DNA of 64,000 nucleotides from Candidatus Bathyarchaeota archaeon (lineage in GTDB: Archaea; Thermoproteota; Bathyarchaeia; Bathyarchaeales; Bathycorpusculaceae): assembly GCA_963827165.1 (NCBI GenBank), contig CAWGZR010000005.1:896001-960000 (forward strand). Direction: 5' to 3'. How positions within the stretch are numbered: position 1 is the stretch's first letter; each line of letters opens with the position of its first letter. Shown here in pieces: positions 10,004-19,789 of this stretch. Position numbers and translations under genes: made by a program. The notes below the pieces were generated by a model. That model searched no databases and was not told where the DNA came from. It saw nothing but the letters and a program-made list of their open reading frames with translations.

Positions 10004-11806
10004 TCAGGATGGTTGTGCTTGCTCTTTTTTCAGAGCTGAAACCCACTCTTTTGCATTCATTAAGCACGGCGCAGTTGGGTGATTTTTGATGTAGGCGTGG
10101 CTGAGCCTTACTGCCATTGGAGGTATAATTCCCGATTTTTCCAGTAAATCGCCGTTTGCGAAGAATCCCCTGGTGGAGCCGTCGTAGAGCACTGAGCCAG
10201 AATGCATGACTATTACTCTTTTTGTATGTTCAGAAACCAGCGTCATATCATGCGTTATCGCTAAAATCGTTGTGCCTGCCTTGTTCAGCTCCTCAAGCAG
10301 GTCCATTATGTCTTCGGACATACGGAAGTCTTGACCCGTGGTGGGTTCGTCGACAATCATGATTTTCGGGTTCATTGCAAGAATAGACGCCACCGTCAAA
10401 CGTCGTTTTTCGCCTGTCCCCAGAAACATTGGGTCCTCATCGATCTTCGCCAGCAATCCTACGCTCTTGAGTGCCTCGTTGACTCTATGATCGATCTCCT
10501 GCTGCGGAACCTTGAGATTCTTCAAGCCGTAAGCGACTTCATCGTAAACTTTACGCATGAAAATCTGGTTGTCAGGATTCTGGAAAACGTATCCGACGTA
10601 ACAGGGGATTTTCTGAATCACTTTTTTGTCACGAAGGTTCAACCCCATGACTTTTGCTTCGCCCCCAAACTTCTTGTATAAACCGCTTATTACCTTAGAA
10701 ATAGTTGATTTGCCTGCCCCGTTTTGACCGATCAACCCTACGAACTCTCCCTTTTTTATGGCGAAAGTTACTCCCCTGAGCGCTTGGGTTCCATCATCAT
10801 AGGAGAATTCGAGGTTTTTGACACTTATTATTTCCTCAGCATCCTTGTCAAGCGGGTCATCTTCAACGCTTTCCGAAAGTTTCTTGTCTTCACATGCTTG
10901 GATCATTTCATCAACGGTGAAGGGAACTCTGCCATTGTAGTTTAAACCCGATTGCCACCCGATCCTTGCAATGTCCGAGGAATATAATCCATTTTCGGCA
11001 AACAGTTTAGGTTGGCAATATACTTCCTCGGTGGTTCCGTATGCAATTGTCTGCCCGTTGTTTATTGCAAGAACTTTATCTGCGTATCTTTGAATTACTT
11101 CTGGGTTGTGTTCCACAACAACTATTGTAATGTCGTATTCACTTCTTATCCTGTCAATCGCCCGAATAATACTGAACTTTCCTTCCGGATCAAGATTAGA
11201 CATAGGCTCATCCAAAACCAAAAGCTCGGGCCTCAAAGCTATGAAAGAAGCAATCGCTGCCCTTTGTTTTTGGCCGCCTGAAAGTTCGCTTGGATGAACG
11301 AGGTCCGCAATAGGCCAAAGAGACCCTAACCCGACTATTTCAAGTGCTTCTTTAGCCCGGTTCTCAATCTCCTTCTGAGGTAGCCCCAGAAGCTCCATTC
11401 CAAACGCGATTTCATGAAGCAGATCCATTCTTAAAAACTGGTTCTCAGGATCTTGAAGCAGCAATCCAACACGGGGGGCTGTCTGTTTTAGGCCAACAAT
11501 ATTTTCGATAACCTTGCCGGTTTTTTCGTCGGTTACCGCTTCGACTTTTGTGAGGGTTTGCCCGAAAAGTTTTATTTCGCCCCTAACGTGCTCACGCTCT
11601 TTTCCTCGGGGGACGGTAAAAACATGCGGTATGACTCCGGTCAATGCGTAGCAAAGCGTGGTTTTGCCGGCTCCGCTTGGACCAATAATTCCGAAGAATT
11701 CGCCCTTCTCAACCTTGAATGATAGACCCTTAAGCGTGAAGGGGTTCTCTACGCCTACGTAAGATCGGTATTTCCACCAAAAATCATTGACTTCCAATAC
11801 CGACAT
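10004..11806 (-). CDS. ECF transporter duplicated ATPase (EcfA-A' fusion)
   Basis: Two Walker A motifs (GPSGAGKT, GQNGAGKS), LQDPENQF / FQNPDNQI, LSGGQ, DEP. Confidence 0.9.
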   Translation of the reverse strand: MSVLEVNDFWWKYRSYVGVENPFTLKGLSFKVEKGEFFGIIGPSGAGKTTLCYALTGVIPHVFTVPRGKEREHVRGEIKLFGQTLTKVEAVTDEKTGKVIENIVGLKQTAPRVGLLLQDPENQFLRMDLLHEIAFGMELLGLPQKEIENRAKEALEIVGLGSLWPIADLVHPSELSGGQKQRAAIASFIALRPELLVLDEPMSNLDPEGKFSIIRAIDRIRSEYDITIVVVEHNPEVIQRYADKVLAINNGQTIAYGTTEEVYCQPKLFAENGLYSSDIARIGWQSGLNYNGRVPFTVDEMIQACEDKKLSESVEDDPLDKDAEEIISVKNLEFSYDDGTQALRGVTFAIKKGEFVGLIGQNGAGKSTISKVISGLYKKFGGEAKVMGLNLRDKKVIQKIPCYVGYVFQNPDNQIFMRKVYDEVAYGLKNLKVPQQEIDHRVNEALKSVGLLAKIDEDPMFLGTGEKRRLTVASILAMNPKIMIVDEPTTGQDFRMSEDIMDLLEELNKAGTTILAITHDMTLVSEHTKRVIVMHSGSVLYDGSTRGFFANGDLLEKSGIIPPMAVRLSHAYIKNHPTAPCLMNAKEWVSALKKEQAQPS

Positions 11807-11811
11807 GTTAT

Positions 11812-12879
11812 TTACCTCACGAATAAGGCGGTGATGGAGTGTCCAAGGAAAACCTCGTATATTAAGAATGCTGCTAAAATCACTATTATCGTTAAGTCAA
11901 CATAACTTAATCGTTTTGTCTCCTTGTAATCGGTCATTTTACTTGAAGCTTCAAAACCTCTGGCGTAAAGCGCTACACCCATCTCTGTGGATCGCCTAAT
12001 CATGTTTGCGACCAATGGAATTGAGAGGCGAGCAAGATCCATAACTTTTGTAAAGATGCTTTTCCGAATAACGCCTGATGCACGTGCTGTCTGAGCCATT
12101 CTTATGTCTTGGTAATCAATGAGTATGGCGTTAAGATTTCTAAACATTAGTGCGACGAAGAATGATTTCTTAAATGAAAGTTTCAGTTGCCGTAAGGCTC
12201 CAGCAATCTCCACATCTCTTGTTGTTAAAAGAAACAGAAATGAGGTGTAAATTAGTACTGCATAGCCAAGTGCTTTTGCAAAAGCGACTGTGGCTGCCCA
12301 CTGAGGTAACGAAAACGAGTAACCTGCGCCGATGGAAATTCTAGCCCATGTTGCAGCTGACGAGAAGCTAATTGCGGAAGGCATAATGGTAAACCACCAT
12401 AATAGTAGCCCAGCGACAAGTGACCAACCGATGCTTCGTGTCTTATAGTAGACGAGGCTGAACACGCCTACAAGAACCAAAGTGGATACGCCTATCGGTA
12501 AAAACCCTGGCCACAGGTAAAAAGTCATTTTTGCTCCTGGTTGCGAGCCATTGAAAAAAAGCCAATAGAAGAATTCACCAAAGATTATGGGCACTGCTAA
12601 TACCAGGTAAGAGCCTGCCAAGTACTTGGCTGTTCTCGAGATAATTAAGAGTGAAAATACAAGTCCCAACAACAAAATTAAGCCAATTACGTCTGGTCCG
12701 CCCTTTGACACGGGGATGTCAAACATGTAAAGCGTTAAAACGGACATGACTGCGATCATTAAGAATTTTGTTACAACATGTAATTTTTCAATTGGGGTTC
12801 CTATACGCATAGAAAAAATAAAGGTGCGCACGTACTTTTTGGAAGTACGGCGTGTTTCCGCGTCTGGACTTGCCAACAA
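11812..12879 (-). CDS. ecfT: ECF transporter transmembrane component T
   Basis: Multi-TM protein with AQTAR and ALYARGF coupling motifs; adjacent to the ECF ATPase. Confidence 0.85.
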   Translation of the reverse strand: MLASPDAETRRTSKKYVRTFIFSMRIGTPIEKLHVVTKFLMIAVMSVLTLYMFDIPVSKGGPDVIGLILLLGLVFSLLIISRTAKYLAGSYLVLAVPIIFGEFFYWLFFNGSQPGAKMTFYLWPGFLPIGVSTLVLVGVFSLVYYKTRSIGWSLVAGLLLWWFTIMPSAISFSSAATWARISIGAGYSFSLPQWAATVAFAKALGYAVLIYTSFLFLLTTRDVEIAGALRQLKLSFKKSFFVALMFRNLNAILIDYQDIRMAQTARASGVIRKSIFTKVMDLARLSIPLVANMIRRSTEMGVALYARGFEASSKMTDYKETKRLSYVDLTIIVILAAFLIYEVFLGHSITALFVR

Positions 12880-12917
12880 CTTTCCCCTTTAATCTATATA
12901 TTAAAGAAGAGTGGTTT

Positions 12918-13622
12918 TCAAGTTACCCAGCCGTGGTTGATTAATCCTTGCCTTTCGACAAGATTTGTGAGTCCTTTGACAAGCACTGGCGTTATGATCA
13001 CCATCGCTAGCAAGTCGCCTACGAACCAGCCTCCCCAGTAATACCAGAATAACCCGCTAGGAACTAAACCCATTGCGTTTTGTATTCCGATGCCAAGTTC
13101 TGCGCTGACGACGTTTATTATTACTCCATTGATGAGCACAAACCATACCCATGCGCCCACTCGCTTTGTTTTAACGCCTGCAATCTCTTTTTCAGTTAAG
13201 TCTCTCCACAGTGGATCATATCCTCTGTTTGCTAGCACTCCACGCCAAACGACGAATGCGACCAGCGGCGGAATGAAGTCACTTATAGAATAAGCTAATG
13301 ACGGAACTACGCCTAAGCCAACCATTAATCCTGCTCCAAGGACACAGCCAATGTATGCAGCGCCTATACCCCAGATTCCCCACCACATGGTGAAAACCAA
13401 GAAGAAGGGGTAAACAAAGTAGAACAGTGAGATGCCTGAGTAACTTAGCGGACCAAGCAAAGAGACGCTCAAATACGATAGGATTATAATTGCTGCGATC
13501 TGTACTGCGTAAAGAACATATTGTGTTGTAGAAACAGGTTCTCCTCTGCCCAATTTCAGTGTATAGTTGCTCCAAGGAAATTTTCCTTCAGTTTTGACTA
13601 CTGTATTTTCTCCTTCACTCAA
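12918..13622 (-). CDS. Integral membrane protein, probable ECF substrate-specific (S) component
   Basis: ~6 TM helices, 234 aa, first gene of the ecfT-ecfAA operon. Confidence 0.6.
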   Translation of the reverse strand: MSEGENTVVKTEGKFPWSNYTLKLGRGEPVSTTQYVLYAVQIAAIIILSYLSVSLLGPLSYSGISLFYFVYPFFLVFTMWWGIWGIGAAYIGCVLGAGLMVGLGVVPSLAYSISDFIPPLVAFVVWRGVLANRGYDPLWRDLTEKEIAGVKTKRVGAWVWFVLINGVIINVVSAELGIGIQNAMGLVPSGLFWYYWGGWFVGDLLAMVIITPVLVKGLTNLVERQGLINHGWVT

Positions 13623-13886
13623 ACGAAATCCCCGCTCCTTTTACTCGGAGGTATCAGTATTTAACTTTTTTCAACAATCTTGCGACTAAAGAAATGCTAG
13701 AATAACCAGAAAAAACGCAACACTTAGCGGTCGAAAACCTGTAAAAAGCCCATTTTAAGGTTTTTTCCACAATTTATTTTTTTAACCCTAACTTTTCAGG
13801 TATCTCAAATCAATAAATTTTGCTTTATTTGGCAGCGCTCCACCAAGTTATCTAGTTTAATTGGCACCCGAGCCGCCCTTTGAAGG

Positions 13887-14710
13887 TCAAGGTTTGTTTT
13901 CAACTATGAGTTTTATTTGGTAGAGGTTTGTCCAATCTTTTCCCGTTACAAAAAGCTTGTCGCCTTGAGGGTCATACGCGATGCCGTTGAGCACGGCGTT
14001 CATGTTTGTTTTGCTTGCCACGGAGGCCGGCAATCCGGTAAGGTCTATCCATGCCTTAACCTGCCCTGTGTCAGGGTTGATTATGGCGATTTTGTTTGTC
14101 ATCCAGACGTTGGCGTAGACGTCGCCGTTGATGTAATCCAACGAGTTAAGCATTGTAACGGATGAGTTTCCGTCGTGCACTTGGATTTCTCCTACGCGTT
14201 GGAAGGTCGTTGGGTTTAAAAAGTAAAGGTGGTCTGAGCCATCGCTCATAATCAAGTTTGTCCCGTTATAGGTTAAGCCCCAACCTTGAGTGGGGTAAGT
14301 AAAATTTCCTAAAGAGCAAATGTGGTTTTGTTGTAGATGAAGCCTACGTTCGATTGCCAAGTTAGCTGTATTATGGTGTCGTTGACGACAGCTATGCCCT
14401 CGCCGAAGTACTCGATTGGCAACGTGTACTCCTGGACGATTTTGCCAGTTGCTAAGTCAACCTGGCGTAAAGTTGATTGGTAATCAGGGCTGTTTCCGCT
14501 GCCGCTGCTTTCATACATGAAACCGTCTGAGTACCATAGCCCCTCCGTGAAAGAGTTTGTGTCATGAGGGTATGTGTTGAGAATCGAATAAGTGTAATAT
14601 GACGCAGTGGATCCTGTTGAATTATTCTTGTTGTTCAAAAAGATCAGTAGTGAAGCGCCAAGAATAACGGCTGCAATCAATACCACCGATAGGGCTATCC
14701 ACTTCTTCAT
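13887..14710 (-). CDS. Glutaminyl-peptide cyclotransferase (bacterial/plant type), one frameshift near 14310
   Basis: YPHD..SFTEGL, YFGEGI, QLTWQ in one frame; GWGLT, MSDGS, ANVW, VLNGIAY, VTGK.W in the other. Confidence 0.85.
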
Positions 14711-14758
14711 AACGCCCTCACTTTAGCAGTTCCCATTAATATGCAAAACGGAAAAACA

Positions 14759-16021
14759 TCAGTCTTCCGACACTTGCGGTTGCGAACCAAGAACCGGTTG
14801 CGGTAAAGTGGGGCAAGTAGGTATCTGGGCAGATGGTATTTGCTGTTCACCTAAGACACGGGTTTCTTTCGCTATTGGCTCAGGCGCATGCTGCTCCAAC
14901 AGTATTATTGGTTTGTCTGGCAGTCTTCTTTCTTCCAAGGCATTTCGCATGTCTTTAGGCTTGACTGCAAATAGGTTTTTGGCACCCATAATCTGGACGC
15001 ACATGAAGCTTACAAAGAGCGGGAACCAGAATGAAGCGGTCCTTACAATGATCGCTGCGATTCCGCTTGTTCCTGCGTTGATGCCATAGAGGATGAAGAT
15101 GGTTGCCAAGAGAATATCTAGTGAGCCCACTGAGAAGCTGGCTATGGCATCTTGAAACGCAGTGGCGACAAAGTAGACAACGATGTAGAAAACTGGAGAT
15201 GGCGCAGGAATTCCTAGCGCGTAGAATACAAAGACGTAAACTGAAAGCCCTAAAACATAGGCTGCAATGTGAAATACAAAAGGTTTTGCTAAACCTCTCG
15301 GGTTTTCCCGAAACACTCTGAAGCCTTGATAGAAACTGGAAAGTGTCTCTTGGATTTTCTTTTGGTCTTCCGGCGAATTCTTGTTCGGCCGTATGCGGCT
15401 AATGACCTTAAAATACAATTTTCCAAATATTTCTGCGGCGCCTTCGTAAAACGCCAAGAACAACAAAACTGCAAGGTAGGCTGCGGCTCCAACCACCAAA
15501 AGAATGAATAAATTCACAATCATAGGCGGAACATTTGCTTTTGAAAGAACGAATATTGAGCCGGCGGCTAAGCCCGTGGTGACTACGCTGTAGGCAACTA
15601 TTCGGTTAGTCACTGATGAAGCTGCTATAGCGCCATAGTTTTCGTTGGTTTCTTTTTGGACAAGGTAGAGCCGTGTGATTTCGCCACAGACTGTGGCACA
15701 TGGGACGATTAAATCAGCGAAATTACCAACCCAATAGTATAAGTACGATTTTTTGTAGGAAATTTTGATTGACAATTCTCTTAAAATACTGTTCCAAGCT
15801 GCCGACCAACAGAAAACACTTGCTAAAACCGACAAGATCGCGAGTGAGTAGTAGAGTGCGTATTGTGCAGGGTTGATGTTTCTTAAGACAAGCAGGATTT
15901 GGGGTGAGCCGATGAAGAAATATAAGTAAAAAACGAAAACTGCTAAACCTGCAATCATAAATAATAGCGATCTTTTAAAAGACAAGTACTTAGATGCGTA
16001 CAACTGGCTGCTTAACCCCAC
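14759..16021 (-). CDS. Lysylphosphatidylglycerol-synthase TM / UPF0104 flippase-like membrane protein
   Basis: Multi-TM; W..IL, GNF...IVP....GE..R and R..SFWFP patterns. Confidence 0.75.
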   Translation of the reverse strand: MGLSSQLYASKYLSFKRSLLFMIAGLAVFVFYLYFFIGSPQILLVLRNINPAQYALYYSLAILSVLASVFCWSAAWNSILRELSIKISYKKSYLYYWVGNFADLIVPCATVCGEITRLYLVQKETNENYGAIAASSVTNRIVAYSVVTTGLAAGSIFVLSKANVPPMIVNLFILLVVGAAAYLAVLLFLAFYEGAAEIFGKLYFKVISRIRPNKNSPEDQKKIQETLSSFYQGFRVFRENPRGLAKPFVFHIAAYVLGLSVYVFVFYALGIPAPSPVFYIVVYFVATAFQDAIASFSVGSLDILLATIFILYGINAGTSGIAAIIVRTASFWFPLFVSFMCVQIMGAKNLFAVKPKDMRNALEERRLPDKPIILLEQHAPEPIAKETRVLGEQQIPSAQIPTCPTLPQPVLGSQPQVSED

Positions 16022-16262
16022 TCACGGCTAAAATGTTTGCTTAATGCAATAGGTAGTATGGTTGTACTGTTGTCCCTTACTGGTTTAAGTAACTTACGCT
16101 TGGCTTTTTCGCCAGTTGCAGCGCTTTTTTGAGCAAGATTAATGGGAATTATTCTCTGCGACCGCAATATTTTGGCAATCCCCAAGTTCTCCCATTGGCT
16201 TCCAAAAAGAGATGTAAATTGTCTTACTTTAAAAGAGGAGATTTAGGCAATCTCCAAATGTT

Positions 16263-17051
16263 TTAGGTGTTATTTGTGATTATCTGCTGGGGCGTCGAAA
16301 CGGCAAGCTGGGATCCTGATGCGGAGGTCATAGTGAATGAAAATGTGTTTGAATCGATTGAGCCGCTGATGTTTAAATTAAAGGTTTGGCCGTTTCCTGT
16401 GGTCCCTTGAGCGTTCGCAGTAACTTGCGACCCCGAAGTTGTGCCGGCGAAATTGAAGATTGTGTCGCTTCCACCTGTTTGGATTGCTTGCGAAAGACTT
16501 CCAGAAACACTTGTCGGCGTCAAATCCAAGCTAAATTGTATCGTATTTCCAACTTGCTGAACTGGGACATTGATGTTTGCCGTTAACGTTCCCGAATATG
16601 ATGTTCCGTCGCTTTGCATTGAGACGTCAAATTGTCCGGTTCCGCCATAGCTTGCTGTCACGTTGTTTGGAGGCTGATTGTTATTGGTTATATTTGGACC
16701 TTGGTTTTGATTATTGTTATTGTTTTGGTTATTGCTGTTGTTTTGGTCGTTGGAGTTGTTATTGTTTGGATCGTTAGTGGTTGGATTATTGTTGTAATTA
16801 TTTTGATTATTGTTGTTCTGGTTGTTGTTATTATTGTTGTTATTGTTTTGATTATTGTTGTTTTGGTCGCCGCTGTTGTTGCCGTTTAGGGCTCCAAAGC
16901 TAATGTGGAGTTTCTCCAGTTCCGGTGCAACAACTGTGAAGCTTAGGTATCCCCCAAGTATCATCCCGACGAAAACACACAATAACGCGATGCCGACAAC
17001 TTTACCGAGACCCACTGAATGTCCTCTTTTTCTTGGTTTTTCTTCAACCAT
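16263..17051 (-). CDS. Membrane-anchored protein with Asn/Gln-rich low-complexity linker
   Basis: N-terminal TM, ~70 aa poly-N/Q tract, Ser/Thr/Gly-rich beta-type C-domain. Confidence 0.7.
   Translation of the reverse strand: MVEEKPRKRGHSVGLGKVVGIALLCVFVGMILGGYLSFTVVAPELEKLHISFGALNGNNSGDQNNNNQNNNNNNNNNQNNNNQNNYNNNPTTNDPNNNNSNDQNNSNNQNNNNNQNQGPNITNNNQPPNNVTASYGGTGQFDVSMQSDGTSYSGTLTANINVPVQQVGNTIQFSLDLTPTSVSGSLSQAIQTGGSDTIFNFAGTTSGSQVTANAQGTTGNGQTFNLNISGSIDSNTFSFTMTSASGSQLAVSTPQQIITNNT
16675..16886. repeat. Imperfect (TTG/TTA)n trinucleotide tract encoding poly-Asn
   Basis: ttgttgttattattgttg-type runs seen directly. Confidence 0.8.
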
Positions 17052-17306
17052 TTAAGTTAACCTTCTTTTCTTTGTTTGTAAACTTAGCTTGTCGGCTTTT
17101 GCGAGTATAAGACTTTCATGAAAGATGTCTTTTCCCAAATTTCTCATCCCAAATCGTTGCTGTAGCCTGCTTGTTGGCAGACGCAATCCGAGACAGAACT
17201 GTTCCTCTTGAACTTAAGTCGTGTGAATTGGTGATTAGAATTTAGGATAAACTGAGTTACTTTTTAATTACTCGACAATACAATATGTCTGCAAAGGCTA
17301 AGCGCC

Positions 17307-18152
17307 GTGGCTAAAATCAAAGGTTTAATCAGGCTGATCCGGCCAATAAACTGTGTAGTTATGAGTTTCGCTGTTCTTGTAGGGGCAAGCCTAGCTGGTT
17401 TTGGCAGCCTTCATTGGTTGAATCTGGTTTATGGCGCAGTAACTGCCTTCACATTATGTGGGGCTTCAATGGCGATCAATGACTACTACGATTTTGATAT
17501 CGATAGAATAAACGAGCCGCAGCGTCCGATCCCAAGCGGCGCAGTATCGTTGCGGGAGGCTTTGGTGTTAACTGGGTTTCTAACAGCTCTAGGTTTGGTT
17601 TCCGCGCTCTTGGTAAGCGCTTATTGTCTTTTGTTTGCTTTTGCCGCGTGGGCAATCATGGTGGCTTATGTAACCGTCGGGAAGCGAAGCGGGTTTGCCG
17701 GCAACTTGCTGGTCAGCGCCTGTGTCGCAGCACCTTTCCTATACGGAAGCTTAGTAGCCGTCAACTTTGTTAGAATCAACATTTTGCTTTTTGCTTCGAT
17801 GGCGTTTCTTTCAAACACAGGTCGAGAAATTGCCAAAGGCGTTGTTGACGTTCAAGGCGACAGCTCACATAAAATCAAAACTCTCGCGGTAATCTTTGGA
17901 GAAAGAAAAGCAGCTTACGCAGCGTCGGCTTTCTTCATTTTGGCCGTAAGCCTCTCACCTCTTCCACTAATTTTCAATTTAGTGTCCCTATGGTTTGTTC
18001 CATTCGTGCTTGTGACTGACTTTGGTTTAGTTTGGTGTTCAGCGCGGTTGATCAGGAATCCTTCGCGGGAAAATGCACGTCAAATAAAGAAAATCGTTCT
18101 TTTCCTATTCGTCTTCGGTTTGCTTTCCTTCATTTTCGGAATGTTCAGATAA
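17307..18152 (+). CDS. UbiA prenyltransferase, likely digeranylgeranylglyceryl phosphate synthase
   Basis: LIRP.N, INDYYDFDIDRINEP.RPIPSG, REIAK...DV.GD. Confidence 0.85.
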   Translation: MAKIKGLIRLIRPINCVVMSFAVLVGASLAGFGSLHWLNLVYGAVTAFTLCGASMAINDYYDFDIDRINEPQRPIPSGAVSLREALVLTGFLTALGLVSALLVSAYCLLFAFAAWAIMVAYVTVGKRSGFAGNLLVSACVAAPFLYGSLVAVNFVRINILLFASMAFLSNTGREIAKGVVDVQGDSSHKIKTLAVIFGERKAAYAASAFFILAVSLSPLPLIFNLVSLWFVPFVLVTDFGLVWCSARLIRNPSRENARQIKKIVLFLFVFGLLSFIFGMFR

Positions 18153-18207
18153 CCGTCGAGCTGACAACCCTAAATCCCAAAAGATTTTGCTTTAGCCGCT
18201 CGGTTGG

Positions 18208-18830
18208 TCATGAAACTTCCCAAACGTTTGAATTTGAAAGTTGCTTTGTTGTCGTCAACTGTATTTCTGGGTTTGTAAAGAATTCGCTTCGGGTTAGGTG
18301 GTCAAGCATTTCTGTTTGTTTGTCGAAGGTGACGGCGATGTAGTCGTAGCGAACGGTGTTGCCTGTTTGGTCGGCAGTGTCGAGGAACTCGTCTTCAGTT
18401 GCCTAATAGTTTGTTGTTCTAGTTTAATGCGCGTATTGCTGGGTGCTCGTGCTGTTGACGATAAGTCTCCTAGTTTCCTGCGGGTAAAGCGGATCTGGAA
18501 CGTTGAGGTTTGTAGCGTAAAGGTAGTGAACCCGCCGAGTTCAGCGCATGATCCAATGGATAAATCGATCACTTGGGGGTTTGTAGTTTGCGTGCCGTTC
18601 TTGTATTGCTCTACTGTTTCAAGAGTCACTTGGTTGCCTTGGATTGCTGTCCTTCCTCCTGATAGTAGTTTGTACGTTGTATTGCATGAACTCTTGTGGC
18701 CGTAACTGCCCCGTCGCTGCCTAAAACTGTGGAACCGGCCAGCTCGTAAGTGAAAGTGTCGCCCACCAAAAGAGGCTGGTCAGGAGCGGACGTTTGGGTT
18801 TTTGGTGCATTTATGCCCTTGAAATAAACC
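18208..18830 (-). pseudogene. Multiply frameshifted secreted-protein gene remnant
   Basis: Frame-hopping translation gives ..VGDTFTYELAG..GNQVTLET..FDKQTEML..SNSNVWEVS*; needs several indels; 5' boundary approximate. Confidence 0.5.
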
Positions 18831-19005
18831 GAGGTAAATCCTGCCGACCATTCGAAGTCACGCTCTCATTCTATGCGAGCCCATGGTGCCTTAAGAAAAT
18901 AAGTTTTGAAGTAAAACAACGGGCATCCCTCTTCTTCAAAGGAAAAAGCCGAGTTTTTAACCTCAAATATATGCTTGCTCCCCTTCGACGATTTTTATGA
19001 CAGTT

Positions 19006-19765
19006 TTAAGAATCTGGTGAAAAAGCCTGTCTGAATTTTTTCTGGGCAGCGTCGTATCCTTGTTTGATGGAGTCGTTCGTTGAGGTTTGAACTGATTCTT
19101 CTTCTCCAGCCTCATTTTTTACTTTCAGTACTTTGTCTGCACAAATTTTTGCCTCTTCTTTTCGACCCATTTTTCCCAGGATTATCCCCTTCGCAATCAA
19201 AGCATTTGTGAAATCAGGTTTCAACCTTAACGCTTCATCAAAGGATTCGAGAGCCCTCACAGAATCACCCGTATTGCTAAACGTAATTCCAATCAAGTAG
19301 TAAATTTTTGGATCGCCAGGCTTTTGTTTGAGTATCTCTTGGTAGCATTTGAGGGCATCTTCAAATTTCTTGAGTTTCTGAAAAATGGCCGCCAGTCTTT
19401 CTTGAAGCTCAAAATCGTTGGGGTCTAACTCAACTGCCTTACCGAGGCATTCAGCAGCCTTTTCTTAGTTTGTTCAATGAAACTAATGTTGCTCCCTTTA
19501 GGCGGTACGCATCTATATAGGTTGGTTTGATCTCGATTATTTTGTCGAAACATTTCATTGCTTCATCGCATTTTCCAAATTTATCCAAAAGGATACCCTT
19601 GAAAACCCAGGCATCAATGTAGTCTTTTTGAAGCGTCAGGGCTTCTTCGGTAGATGTTAAAGCGCTTTCATGTTTGCCAGACGCCTCAAAAGCAACTGCC
19701 ATCTTCAACTTTTTCGAAGCATCTGAGACTGCTGAAGATTCGTTATTTGTTTCTTTTCCGAACAT
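19006..19765 (-). CDS. TPR-repeat protein, frameshift near 19455
   Basis: Repeated AW..KG..L...G...EA..CFDK units across two ORFs; break in an A-run. Confidence 0.8.
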
Positions 19766-19789
19766 ACTTTCATTTCCCCTATAGATAGA

